From Candidatus Aenigmatarchaeota archaeon (GTDB taxonomy: Archaea; Aenigmatarchaeota; Aenigmatarchaeia; CG10238-14; SpSt-28): a stretch of DNA of 29,663 nt. This document shows positions 1 to 7,824 of the stretch, piece after piece. Position numbers and translations under genes: made by a program. Under the pieces are notes generated by a model. It had not been told where the DNA came from and did not search any database. It saw only the letters and a list, made by a program, of their open reading frames with translations. How positions within the stretch are numbered: the stretch's first letter is position 1; each line of letters starts with the position of its first letter. Location: assembly GCA_039000985.1 (NCBI GenBank), contig JAWBMD010000011.1, positions 1 through 29,663 of the forward strand. Reading direction: 5' to 3'.

Positions 1-45
1 TGGTCTTTCGATTCTTCTTGCTGTTCTCCATGGTCTTAAAGCCAT
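1..45 (-). CDS. rpl10e: 50S ribosomal protein L10e/uL16, N-terminal fragment (runs off the window)
   Basis: The minus strand from ATG at 45 reads MALRPWRTARRIERP, matching the archaeal uL16 N-terminus (MxLRPxRxxRxxxRPYTR). Only 15 codons are visible. Confidence 0.7.
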   Translation of the reverse strand, partial: MALRPWRTARRIERP

Positions 46-69
46 AAAAATTTTATATGCCCTATAAAT

Positions 70-267
70 TTATTTTTTCACTATAATCAAAGAAAAAAGC
101 ACATACAATACACCAATAACTACTGAAAGGATTCTTAATCTCAATTCAATTTCTTCCATACTTGAAGATGGTAAAAGAGCTATTATTCCGATTAAACTAA
201 GTCCAACAATTAATAACAAAAAAGATATTACCTTAACAAATGTTATTCCAGTTTTTTTCTTTGCCAT
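70..267 (-). CDS. Small two-TM membrane protein, hypothetical
   Basis: 65 aa with two hydrophobic helices and basic ends; start overlaps the stop of the recombinase gene. Confidence 0.7.
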   Translation of the reverse strand: MAKKKTGITFVKVISFLLLIVGLSLIGIIALLPSSSMEEIELRLRILSVVIGVLYVLFSLIIVKK

Positions 268-1163
268 TATAAAGTTATATTGTATTCACCTTTTAAATAC
301 CATTCTTTAAGCTGGTCTAAAGTATATAGTTCATATTCCTCACTTAAATATCTTTTATGACCCATTAATCTATCAACTATAGGAGCTGGAACTCCGGCTG
401 CTATCATATTAGTTTTGAAAAATTTTCTTAAAACATGAGAATGTAAATTATATCTTTTTCCTTCTTTTTTTGCAATAAGCTTAAATGCTTTATTAACAAT
501 GTATTGAATTTGGGAATAGCTAAGTTGAGTTTCGTTTCTAGAAGCTATTAAATAAGAATTTTGAGTTAAATTTTTTCTAGTTTCTAAGTACTTAATCAAA
601 ACATCCTTAGCTTGCTTCGACATAAATGTAATTCTTGATTTTCTTTCTTTTGCTGTAATTCCTTTAACTTTTATAATAGCTGGATTTGAACTCAAATCAA
701 CATCAGAAACTTTCAGATTTCTCAACTCGTCGATTCTTAAGCCAGAGGAGGAAAGAATTAAAATAATAGCTTGTGTTCTTAAATCAACATTATTAACAAT
801 AAATCTTAACTCTTCTTTTGATATCAAGTAATCTTCGTGAATATTAAATATTTTTACTTTAACATTCTCATCTATTTTTATAGAGTTTGCTTCGAAAAAC
901 TTTTTTAGTGCTGAAGACCATGTAACTATCGTTTTTGGAGCAAGCTGCTTTTTTGCTAAATTAAGCAAAAATTGCTTATAAATTTCATTTGGAAGTATTT
1001 CCCCATTTCTTATTCTATTAACAAAATCATCTAAATCATTAATATTAAAAATATCCATAAAAGCCATTAAACCCTTTTTATAAGTTTTTTTCGTATTTTC
1101 GCTTCTCGTTAACAAATCTATCTCGCTACATAAATTTTTAAAACTTTCAAATTTCTCAAGCAC
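267..1163 (-). CDS. xerA: Tyrosine recombinase, XerA-like
   Basis: Catalytic residues visible: SGLRIDEL (R), K in KGITAK, HVLRKFF (HxxR), MGH and Tyr in SEEY. GTG start. It lies among core genes, so a housekeeping Xer is more likely than an element integrase. Confidence 0.75.
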   Translation of the reverse strand: MLEKFESFKNLCSEIDLLTRSENTKKTYKKGLMAFMDIFNINDLDDFVNRIRNGEILPNEIYKQFLLNLAKKQLAPKTIVTWSSALKKFFEANSIKIDENVKVKIFNIHEDYLISKEELRFIVNNVDLRTQAIILILSSSGLRIDELRNLKVSDVDLSSNPAIIKVKGITAKERKSRITFMSKQAKDVLIKYLETRKNLTQNSYLIASRNETQLSYSQIQYIVNKAFKLIAKKEGKRYNLHSHVLRKFFKTNMIAAGVPAPIVDRLMGHKRYLSEEYELYTLDQLKEWYLKGEYNITL

Positions 1164-1192
1164 AATATATTTTTGGAAAAATGAAATAAATT

Positions 1193-1576
1193 ATGGGTGA
1201 ATTCGCAACAAAAAAATTAATCATATTAATTTTTCTTACACTAATAACAATGGTAATAATTATAACAACAATACAAATAGCTAGCGAAATATCAAACATT
1301 CTAGGAATGAGATTTAGTGATATACAAGTTACAAATATTTTATCTTATATGTATTCCTCTCTCTTCTATAGAGCAAATTTTTCCTATGATTACAAAATAG
1401 AAAAAATTGGAAATATTAAATATGGCATCAATTCGTATTCCAATATAATTTGCATAAATTCCTCTTTTGTTATAAAAACAGAGGATTGTTTAACAATACC
1501 ATCAAGAAAAATAAAAACAAAAATAAGTGAAACGGATAAAGAAATTATTTTTTCTATTGAAAAAAAATGGAAATAG
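1193..1576 (+). CDS. Membrane-anchored pilin-like protein
   Basis: 127 aa with a single N-terminal hydrophobic helix and a Cys pair (IICIN...EDCL); first gene of an overlapping operon. Confidence 0.65.
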   Translation: MGEFATKKLIILIFLTLITMVIIITTIQIASEISNILGMRFSDIQVTNILSYMYSSLFYRANFSYDYKIEKIGNIKYGINSYSNIICINSSFVIKTEDCLTIPSRKIKTKISETDKEIIFSIEKKWK

Positions 1577-2280
1577 GAGATATTTTAGTTTGGCTTTTTT
1601 TAATGGCTACTATTGCAGCTTTACTTTTAATTGTAAGTGGAGAGTTTTTTAAGTTAAGGGTTGAAATAGTCTCCTCCAAACAATTTTTTTCTACATATTC
1701 CATACTCAATTCATATTTATCGACGGGAAATTTTTTAATCGATAGACTTTTAATAGATAAAAATTTTTTTGATAATTGGGATGAGAATAAAATAGATAAA
1801 ATAGAAACTTATGATTTTAACTATATAGTAAATTTTTCTAATAAGTATATAAAAAACTTTGAAAGCAATTCAAATAATTTTCAATTTAGTGACAATAATT
1901 GCTATACAAATTTTGGTATGATGAAAAAATCTATATTTAATTCTTTTTCAGCTGTTTGTGAAAAAGAATTTTATTGCGAACCAATAAAGATTGAAATTAT
2001 TTCAACAATAACACCTCTTTCTCAGCTAGCATATTGGTTAAGTTATTCATGTTTATCTAAAGAATCATTTGAGAAAAGAATATCGATACTAACAAAAGAT
2101 TTTTCGAGCATTAATATTAATAGCGGGAAAGTATGTATAGACAATAAATGTCAAAATTTCGAGGAATGTGGATTTAGTAAAGAAATAAAAAGTCATGAAG
2201 CAAAAAATGAATGTGCAGAAATAATAATAAAGTTTTCCTATGATGAAAGAAAGATATTGATTGATTTACCTAAAAAATGA
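1567..2280 (+). CDS. Membrane-anchored Cys-rich pilin-like protein
   Basis: 237 aa with an N-terminal TM helix and several Cys; overlaps both neighbours. Confidence 0.7.
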   Translation: MEIGDILVWLFLMATIAALLLIVSGEFFKLRVEIVSSKQFFSTYSILNSYLSTGNFLIDRLLIDKNFFDNWDENKIDKIETYDFNYIVNFSNKYIKNFESNSNNFQFSDNNCYTNFGMMKKSIFNSFSAVCEKEFYCEPIKIEIISTITPLSQLAYWLSYSCLSKESFEKRISILTKDFSSININSGKVCIDNKCQNFEECGFSKEIKSHEAKNECAEIIIKFSYDERKILIDLPKK

Positions 2281-2855
2281 AAGGAATATTTAAAATAGAA
2301 ATGATTGCTATTGCAATAATAATAGTGATCTTAATAATAATAGCAGCATTTTTAATGTTTTTCAGATATAGAGTAATAAATTTTTACATTGATTTGTTCG
2401 AATACATTTCATATAACAACATTCCAGAGCTTTACTTATCGATAGCACCGGAAATTGAATGGAAAGAAACTTACTATAAAAATCAAGAAAAATATTCTTT
2501 TTGCAATAGATGTTCTCCTATAGATGATGAAAAAGAGGAATGTATATGTAAAAACAAAGTTCCATATATTTATGCTGCTAGCTATGATTATGAAAATGGT
2601 AAGATTTTTCCAGAAATATCAAAAAAATATTTTGAAAATGAGATGCCAACTTTTGTTTGTATGAATATAACGTTTGGTAAAAACAGCTATATAACAAATA
2701 GTAAAAAAATATGTGATGAAAAAAGCATTATAGAAAAGTATCTTGTATTTTTCCCCTTACTTAACAATGAAATAGGAAGCATGGAATTTTTATTTATAAA
2801 TGCTACACCTAAAGTTGAAATCGAATATCCACCACTACCTATACCTGGTCCATGA
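2277..2855 (+). CDS. Class III signal peptide (type IV pilin-like) protein
   Basis: MKG|IFKIE followed by a long hydrophobic run (KG cleavage site, +5 Glu); Cys cluster CNRC...CIC; ATGA coupling to neighbours. Confidence 0.75.
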   Translation: MKGIFKIEMIAIAIIIVILIIIAAFLMFFRYRVINFYIDLFEYISYNNIPELYLSIAPEIEWKETYYKNQEKYSFCNRCSPIDDEKEECICKNKVPYIYAASYDYENGKIFPEISKKYFENEMPTFVCMNITFGKNSYITNSKKICDEKSIIEKYLVFFPLLNNEIGSMEFLFINATPKVEIEYPPLPIPGP

Positions 2856-3700
2856 AAGGTTGGATTATATTCTTTTTAGTTCTATTTGTATCACTAGCAA
2901 TCTACTTTTCACTAATAGTGTTTCAAGGACAAACATATAGAACCAATTTAATCGTATTAGAAAATTTAAAAGCGGCTTCTAATATAGAAAGTGTTTACAA
3001 GTCTATGAAAGCTTCTCTTCATTTATCCATAATAAAGGCTTGGAATAGCTCTAAAGATCAACAAGAAATTAAAGCTAAAACTGAAGAATACTTAAATATC
3101 TACTTGCAAAAAATAAAGGAAAGGAGTAAATTAAATATTATGGGTTTACCAATAAAGATTGAAAAAATAGAGGAAAAAAATGATGAAATTTATGTAGAAA
3201 CATCCGTAATAGAAATAAAAATAGATAACCCAAAAATTTCAAAAAAAACAAACCTTAATGCAAGTATTGAAAAAAGATATCTTACATACAAATACTCTTT
3301 GCAAGATGTTCTGAATATAATTAATAATAACATTCAAGATATTTGCAACACAAATATAAAAAAATATTACGGACAAATTGATTGCTTGGAAAGTTGCTCA
3401 AAGTTTGAAGAAAATGCTAAATCTTTAAAAGAAAGTGAAATAAAGAGCAAAATAAAAGATATTGCTAAATCAAACAGTAACAAAGATACTTTTATAGAAA
3501 TTGAAGTAAATAACATCAATATTAATGATGTATCTTTTCAAGAAAATATAATAACAGATGAAAGCAATAATTGCATATATAAAGAATGCTATGTATTATC
3601 TATAAGTTTTGAAATAGATCTAAAAGCTAGTGCTTCAAATAGAGGAACTGTTCTTGAACTTTTAAATAGTGAGAATCTTAATAAATTTTATAGCTGTTAA
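2852..3700 (+). CDS. Class III signal peptide-like protein
   Basis: MKG|WIIFFLVLFVSLAIYF, then a helical and Cys-containing domain; ATGA coupling. Confidence 0.7.
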   Translation: MKGWIIFFLVLFVSLAIYFSLIVFQGQTYRTNLIVLENLKAASNIESVYKSMKASLHLSIIKAWNSSKDQQEIKAKTEEYLNIYLQKIKERSKLNIMGLPIKIEKIEEKNDEIYVETSVIEIKIDNPKISKKTNLNASIEKRYLTYKYSLQDVLNIINNNIQDICNTNIKKYYGQIDCLESCSKFEENAKSLKESEIKSKIKDIAKSNSNKDTFIEIEVNNININDVSFQENIITDESNNCIYKECYVLSISFEIDLKASASNRGTVLELLNSENLNKFYSC

Positions 3701-3710
3701 ATAAAATTAT

Positions 3711-6536
3711 ATGCCTGTAATTAAAACAATTACTTTACTTATTATTGGTGTTATTGCTCTTGTAATTCTATCACTTTTAATATTTATTGCAATGAAAGCA
3801 AGAATCCCAATGATACCATATGCAATAGATAGAGATACTGCTTATGCTTTAGCTTCTACAGCTGCTTTAAGTTGTGCAGTTGATTTTGTAGCTACTGATG
3901 GAAAAGAAAGTGTAAGCACTTGTTATAAAAAAATAAGTTATGGGGAAGAATATGAAGAATCATATGTAATATTACCAACTACAACAATAGTAAGCTGTGG
4001 AAGAGAAGGAAGAGTTGGGAATTTAATATACTATAAATGTACAAGCATATATAAAGACAGTGTAAATGTTGTTTGTGATAAAAGTAAAAATGAATGTAAA
4101 GTTATTGGTTTTACATTACCACAAAAACCTTCTATTTCTACAGGATTTTGGCTTTTCGATGAAATACTATTAGCATTAGCCTCTGAAACTACTATGAAAA
4201 TTCCAGTAGTTAATTTAATTTCTACTTTTTTATTAGAGACTTATATAAAATCAACAGAATGGTGTATACCAGAAATAGGAGCTGGTATTGCTTCTTGGTA
4301 TAGTTGTTTTATTAGAGCCTTTCAACATCCTAAATATATAGTAATGTTTGAAAAGTTAGATGAAAAAACAGAAGATTGGTGGGTACCTAGAGATGAACCA
4401 ATAGAATGGGCTGTTGCAAGTATAGCAATGGGTGGAATAACAAATATACTACCAATGAGCAAGACTGGTTTAAAGGAAGGTATAAAAGCTTTAGGAAGTG
4501 CCGCTAAGAAAGTTGCTTTAAATCCTAAAGCTGCGTTTAACCCGAAAGTATGGAGACAAGCATTAAAAGTAGAAGAATCTCCACTTTTAAAAAGCTTACT
4601 AACAAAATATTTAACAAAACATGCAGTTAAATTGATTCTAGTTAATGCGGGAATGACTTTAGGAAGATCGGGTGAAATATTGAGAGAATATATGATAAAT
4701 AAAATGTATAAGGAATTTCTGGAAAGGGGTATAACTTCTTTGAGTAAATTGGTTGAAAAGGGTGAATCTTTCTCTAGAGTAAAAAAAATTTATGGTGCAT
4801 TATACGATGAAATATTGGCTGTAAAGGGCGATCCAACAAAAATAACAGTAGAAAGAATAAAATCTATACTTACAGATTCTATGTTATTAGATGAACTTAT
4901 AATGTACGATAGAACAGCAGTAATCCATGCAAATTCAGTAGCACAAGCATTAGGATACAAGAATTTAGATGATTGGGCTATACATATACAACTAGAGCTT
5001 GTTGATGATTTTAATAAATATGGAGAAAAAAGCCTAGCGAAAAAAATATTCAAAAGAAACTTGCTTGATAAGACTGAAAAAGAAGCATTAGGTAAAGAAC
5101 TTAAAAATTTTGTTGGTACTGATGAATTTGAAAAGTTTTTAAAAGTTTTTATAGATGAAAAAACTATTAAGAATCTTTTAGGTTCTAAAGGCACATTGAG
5201 AAGCTTAGAAAAAACCTTAGAAAAACTACCAAAAAAGGAAGCTGAAAAAATTAGAAGTTTAATGAAAGATTATATAGATTTGTCTATTAAAAAAGCACTA
5301 TATGAAATAAGATTCCTTACAGATGAAGCTGGTGAAGAAGTAGCGAAATATTATCTAGAAAAAATGGGAAGTGGGATATGGAGTAAATTTAAAAATGTTA
5401 TTAACGAAGTTAATGAAAATATTTTTGAAAAACAATACTTTGGTACATTAAAATATTATCTTGCTGATATATCAGTTAGTGCATTGGGAATGTTTGAAGA
5501 TGTTCCACTAGGTTTTCCATCTGGAATAATAAGTTGTGGATATAAATGGGGGAAATGGAAACAAGGCATTTGTTATGCGGATTATATTATAGCAGCAATA
5601 TTTGTTAATGCAATGTACTCATTTTTGACATCAATATATGAAGAACCATATAATGGATGTGGAGGAAATTCCATGTGTCTATATGCAACAAAGTATGTTG
5701 TAGCAAAAGACATGTTTAATATTTCTTTAGAAAAACCCCATGACTCATTTATTACAGTTAAACTAGAAAATTTAGATTGGTTTGGTTTTTCAGACAGATC
5801 TAATAGAGCATGGATTGTTTCTCCTTGCAAAACAGATTTGAATGTTACCAAAGTAAAAGATAGTGGGAATGTTACACTTAAATGCGATAAATTCTATCCA
5901 TCTAATAAACTATATTTTAAAGTTAAGGAAAAAAAAGGATTTTCGTATCCGGGAATGGGAGAAATAAAAGGAGTAACAGTAGATATATGTGAAAATTATA
6001 TAGATCCAAATTCCTGCACAGATACTAGTCTTATTGGATGTATATATAGAGAAGCTCCCACAAAGTGTAATATAAATAGAGAAAATTTTGTAGACAAAAT
6101 AAAAGATGGAACATACCAAGTTCAACCAATAAATTATAGAGTTTTAAGTAATGGAATGGAATCTGTTATTAGTGAATGCACATCTTCTGCTTTCACTGGA
6201 ATAGCTGGATTTTTTGGTGCAGCAGATACACCAAGAGAACAAATAATAATAGATGTAGATCAAGAATCTATGAAAAAGTATTATAATGAAATGAAAATAA
6301 TTGGATTACCAGATGAATTACAGGTAGCTAGAAATTATTGTGTTCCATATGGGGGGAAAATAGAAAGCGTAGCTAAAAATATTTGTGAAATTGGTGGTTT
6401 TGTAGGAAGCATATTATTAACACTATTTACAGCAGGAACTGGAAGCGTAGCAGCTTTATTTGTAATGGGTGCGGCCCAAGAAGGATGTGGATGGTGGTTT
6501 GGTGGAGCTAATTTATGGCCAAATAATCAATTTTAA
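3711..6536 (+). CDS. Large membrane-anchored Cys-rich surface protein of unknown function
   Basis: 941 aa: N-terminal TM, Cys-rich N- and C-terminal regions, a Cys-free K/E-rich helical centre, and a Gly-rich hydrophobic C-terminus. Confidence 0.8.
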   Translation: MPVIKTITLLIIGVIALVILSLLIFIAMKARIPMIPYAIDRDTAYALASTAALSCAVDFVATDGKESVSTCYKKISYGEEYEESYVILPTTTIVSCGREGRVGNLIYYKCTSIYKDSVNVVCDKSKNECKVIGFTLPQKPSISTGFWLFDEILLALASETTMKIPVVNLISTFLLETYIKSTEWCIPEIGAGIASWYSCFIRAFQHPKYIVMFEKLDEKTEDWWVPRDEPIEWAVASIAMGGITNILPMSKTGLKEGIKALGSAAKKVALNPKAAFNPKVWRQALKVEESPLLKSLLTKYLTKHAVKLILVNAGMTLGRSGEILREYMINKMYKEFLERGITSLSKLVEKGESFSRVKKIYGALYDEILAVKGDPTKITVERIKSILTDSMLLDELIMYDRTAVIHANSVAQALGYKNLDDWAIHIQLELVDDFNKYGEKSLAKKIFKRNLLDKTEKEALGKELKNFVGTDEFEKFLKVFIDEKTIKNLLGSKGTLRSLEKTLEKLPKKEAEKIRSLMKDYIDLSIKKALYEIRFLTDEAGEEVAKYYLEKMGSGIWSKFKNVINEVNENIFEKQYFGTLKYYLADISVSALGMFEDVPLGFPSGIISCGYKWGKWKQGICYADYIIAAIFVNAMYSFLTSIYEEPYNGCGGNSMCLYATKYVVAKDMFNISLEKPHDSFITVKLENLDWFGFSDRSNRAWIVSPCKTDLNVTKVKDSGNVTLKCDKFYPSNKLYFKVKEKKGFSYPGMGEIKGVTVDICENYIDPNSCTDTSLIGCIYREAPTKCNINRENFVDKIKDGTYQVQPINYRVLSNGMESVISECTSSAFTGIAGFFGAADTPREQIIIDVDQESMKKYYNEMKIIGLPDELQVARNYCVPYGGKIESVAKNICEIGGFVGSILLTLFTAGTGSVAALFVMGAAQEGCGWWFGGANLWPNNQF

Positions 6537-6539
6537 AAT

Positions 6540-6716
6540 ATGAGAAGATGTGCCATTTGTAAAAAAGAACTTCATGGAATAGCAAAAAAATGGAGAAAAC
6601 TACCAGCAAGCAAAAAAAGAGTAGAAAGAAAATTTGGTGGTTATTTATGTAGTAATTGTACAAGAAAAATATTGTCTGAAGAAGTATTTAAAGCAGGGGT
6701 CGCCAAGTCTGGTTAA
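6540..6716 (+). CDS. rpl34e: 50S ribosomal protein L34e (eL34), N-terminally shortened, 58 aa; not in the ORF track
   Basis: MRRCAICKKELHGIAKKWRKLPASKKRVERKFGGYLCSNCTRKILSEEVFKAGVAKSG matches the eL34 zinc finger CxxC.x.LHG...RKL..S..R.ER.(F/Y)GGYLCxxC. Confidence 0.9.
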   Translation: MRRCAICKKELHGIAKKWRKLPASKKRVERKFGGYLCSNCTRKILSEEVFKAGVAKSG

Positions 6717-6805
6717 AGGCGGCAGGCTCAAGATCTTGAGCTTTGAAAAATGATAAGAAACCTGCTGGGTTAGTCCCTTCGTGGGTTCAAATCCCACCCC
6801 CTGCA
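6693..6805 (+). tRNA. tRNA-Leu(CAA) with a 27-nt intron at canonical position 37/38 (about 6733-6759)
   Basis: Acceptor GCAGGGG/CCCCTGC+A, anticodon stem GCAGG/CCTGC, loop CT-CAA-G, long variable arm, T arm GTGGG-TTCAAAT-CCCAC; no encoded CCA. Confidence 0.93.
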
Positions 6806-6844
6806 TGCAAAAAGTTTAAATGTTTTTAGTATGAATATTAGTTT

Positions 6845-7567
6845 ATGGAGAGATATAGTAAATTTTCCACAAATAATGCCTATTATTACCTGAATTATGG
6901 AATACACATTTGTGAAACAAAAATAGAGGAGAATATAGAAAATTTTGATGTAATAGTACTTGAAAGTGGAGTCGATAATTATAATGAATTGAATTATTTA
7001 TCATTATATAACTTTATTCAATACAAACTGATAATGGAGGAAAACGAAAGATTGAAAAATCCAAGACCGATTTTCTTGGTAGATATACCACTAAAAGAAA
7101 TTTTCAAAAGAAGGATTTTTGCGTTTTTAGACGCATACTCTTCAATTGATAAAGGCTACAGCTATCTCTTACCATCTTCAGATGAATTCTCAAATGAAAA
7201 TGATATATATTTTTTTAAATCCTTCCAACACACAGTATATAGAAGTGCCGTTGCTGCTCATAAAATAGAGGAGTTTATTATTCCGGAAATTATAAAAAGA
7301 ATTAAACATAAACCAAGAATTTTAATTGATTATGGCGCTGCCCACAAGGATATAGAAATATATCTGAATAAAAAAGAACCAAGAAAATATATAATAAAAA
7401 ATCACCAAGAAGTTCATCCTTATGACCTCTGTGATAATAACTATCTTAATAAAGTTTGCGAGTTTAGACATAAAAACTCTATTCAACCTTCAATTGATGC
7501 AGAAAAAAGAATTATTGAAAGAAAAAGAGATTATCATAATTTTGAAAAAATCATCTATGAAATATAA
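6845..7567 (+). CDS. Hypothetical protein, possible TraB/Tiki/ChaN (EreA-like) fold
   Basis: 240 aa with the motif order YGIH ... VLESG ... LVD ... RSAVAAHKI ... YGAAH, typical of that superfamily. Recognised by eye only. Confidence 0.55.
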   Translation: MERYSKFSTNNAYYYLNYGIHICETKIEENIENFDVIVLESGVDNYNELNYLSLYNFIQYKLIMEENERLKNPRPIFLVDIPLKEIFKRRIFAFLDAYSSIDKGYSYLLPSSDEFSNENDIYFFKSFQHTVYRSAVAAHKIEEFIIPEIIKRIKHKPRILIDYGAAHKDIEIYLNKKEPRKYIIKNHQEVHPYDLCDNNYLNKVCEFRHKNSIQPSIDAEKRIIERKRDYHNFEKIIYEI

Positions 7568-7631
7568 ATATTTCTTCTAAATATCTTATGTTTTTACGAA
7601 CTTTAAAGTTTTAGAAGTTATAACCAATTAT

Positions 7632-7698
7632 GCGGGGGTAGCATAACTTGTCAATCGTATGGTCTATTGCTTTGCAGAATCGAATCTCGCTCTCTGTA
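7632..7698 (+). pseudogene. Decayed tRNA-like sequence
   Basis: Starts GCGGGGG-TA-GCAT-AACTTGTCA and ends ATCGAAT-CTCGC-TCTCTGT-A. All 7 acceptor positions pair (4 are G-T). The anticodon arm is not recoverable. TATA-like CTTTAAAG lies about 25-30 nt upstream. Confidence 0.5.
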
Positions 7699-7824
7699 TT
7701 TAGCCAAATTACTTAAATTCTCTATAAACACCTAAATATTTTTATTACCTCTTACACGCACTTCAAGTATTTAAAGCTATCCTACCGAAATTTCTAACGG
7801 AAAACGAAGGAGTTTGAGAAGTTG

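Noticed and set aside
1..1200. dif site near xerA
   Set aside because: No convincing 11-6-11 inverted repeat found by eye.
6534..6542. Readthrough fusion of the 941-aa protein to L34e (same frame, TAA-AAT-ATG)
   Set aside because: L34e has its own ATG, a shared frame has a 1-in-3 chance, and a surface protein fused to a ribosomal protein is implausible.
267..6805. Recombinase, pilin-like genes and tRNA-Leu as one integrated virus or plasmid
   Set aside because: Core rpl34e lies inside the interval and rpl10e abuts it; the tRNA 3' end points away; no att repeat or replication/capsid genes were seen.
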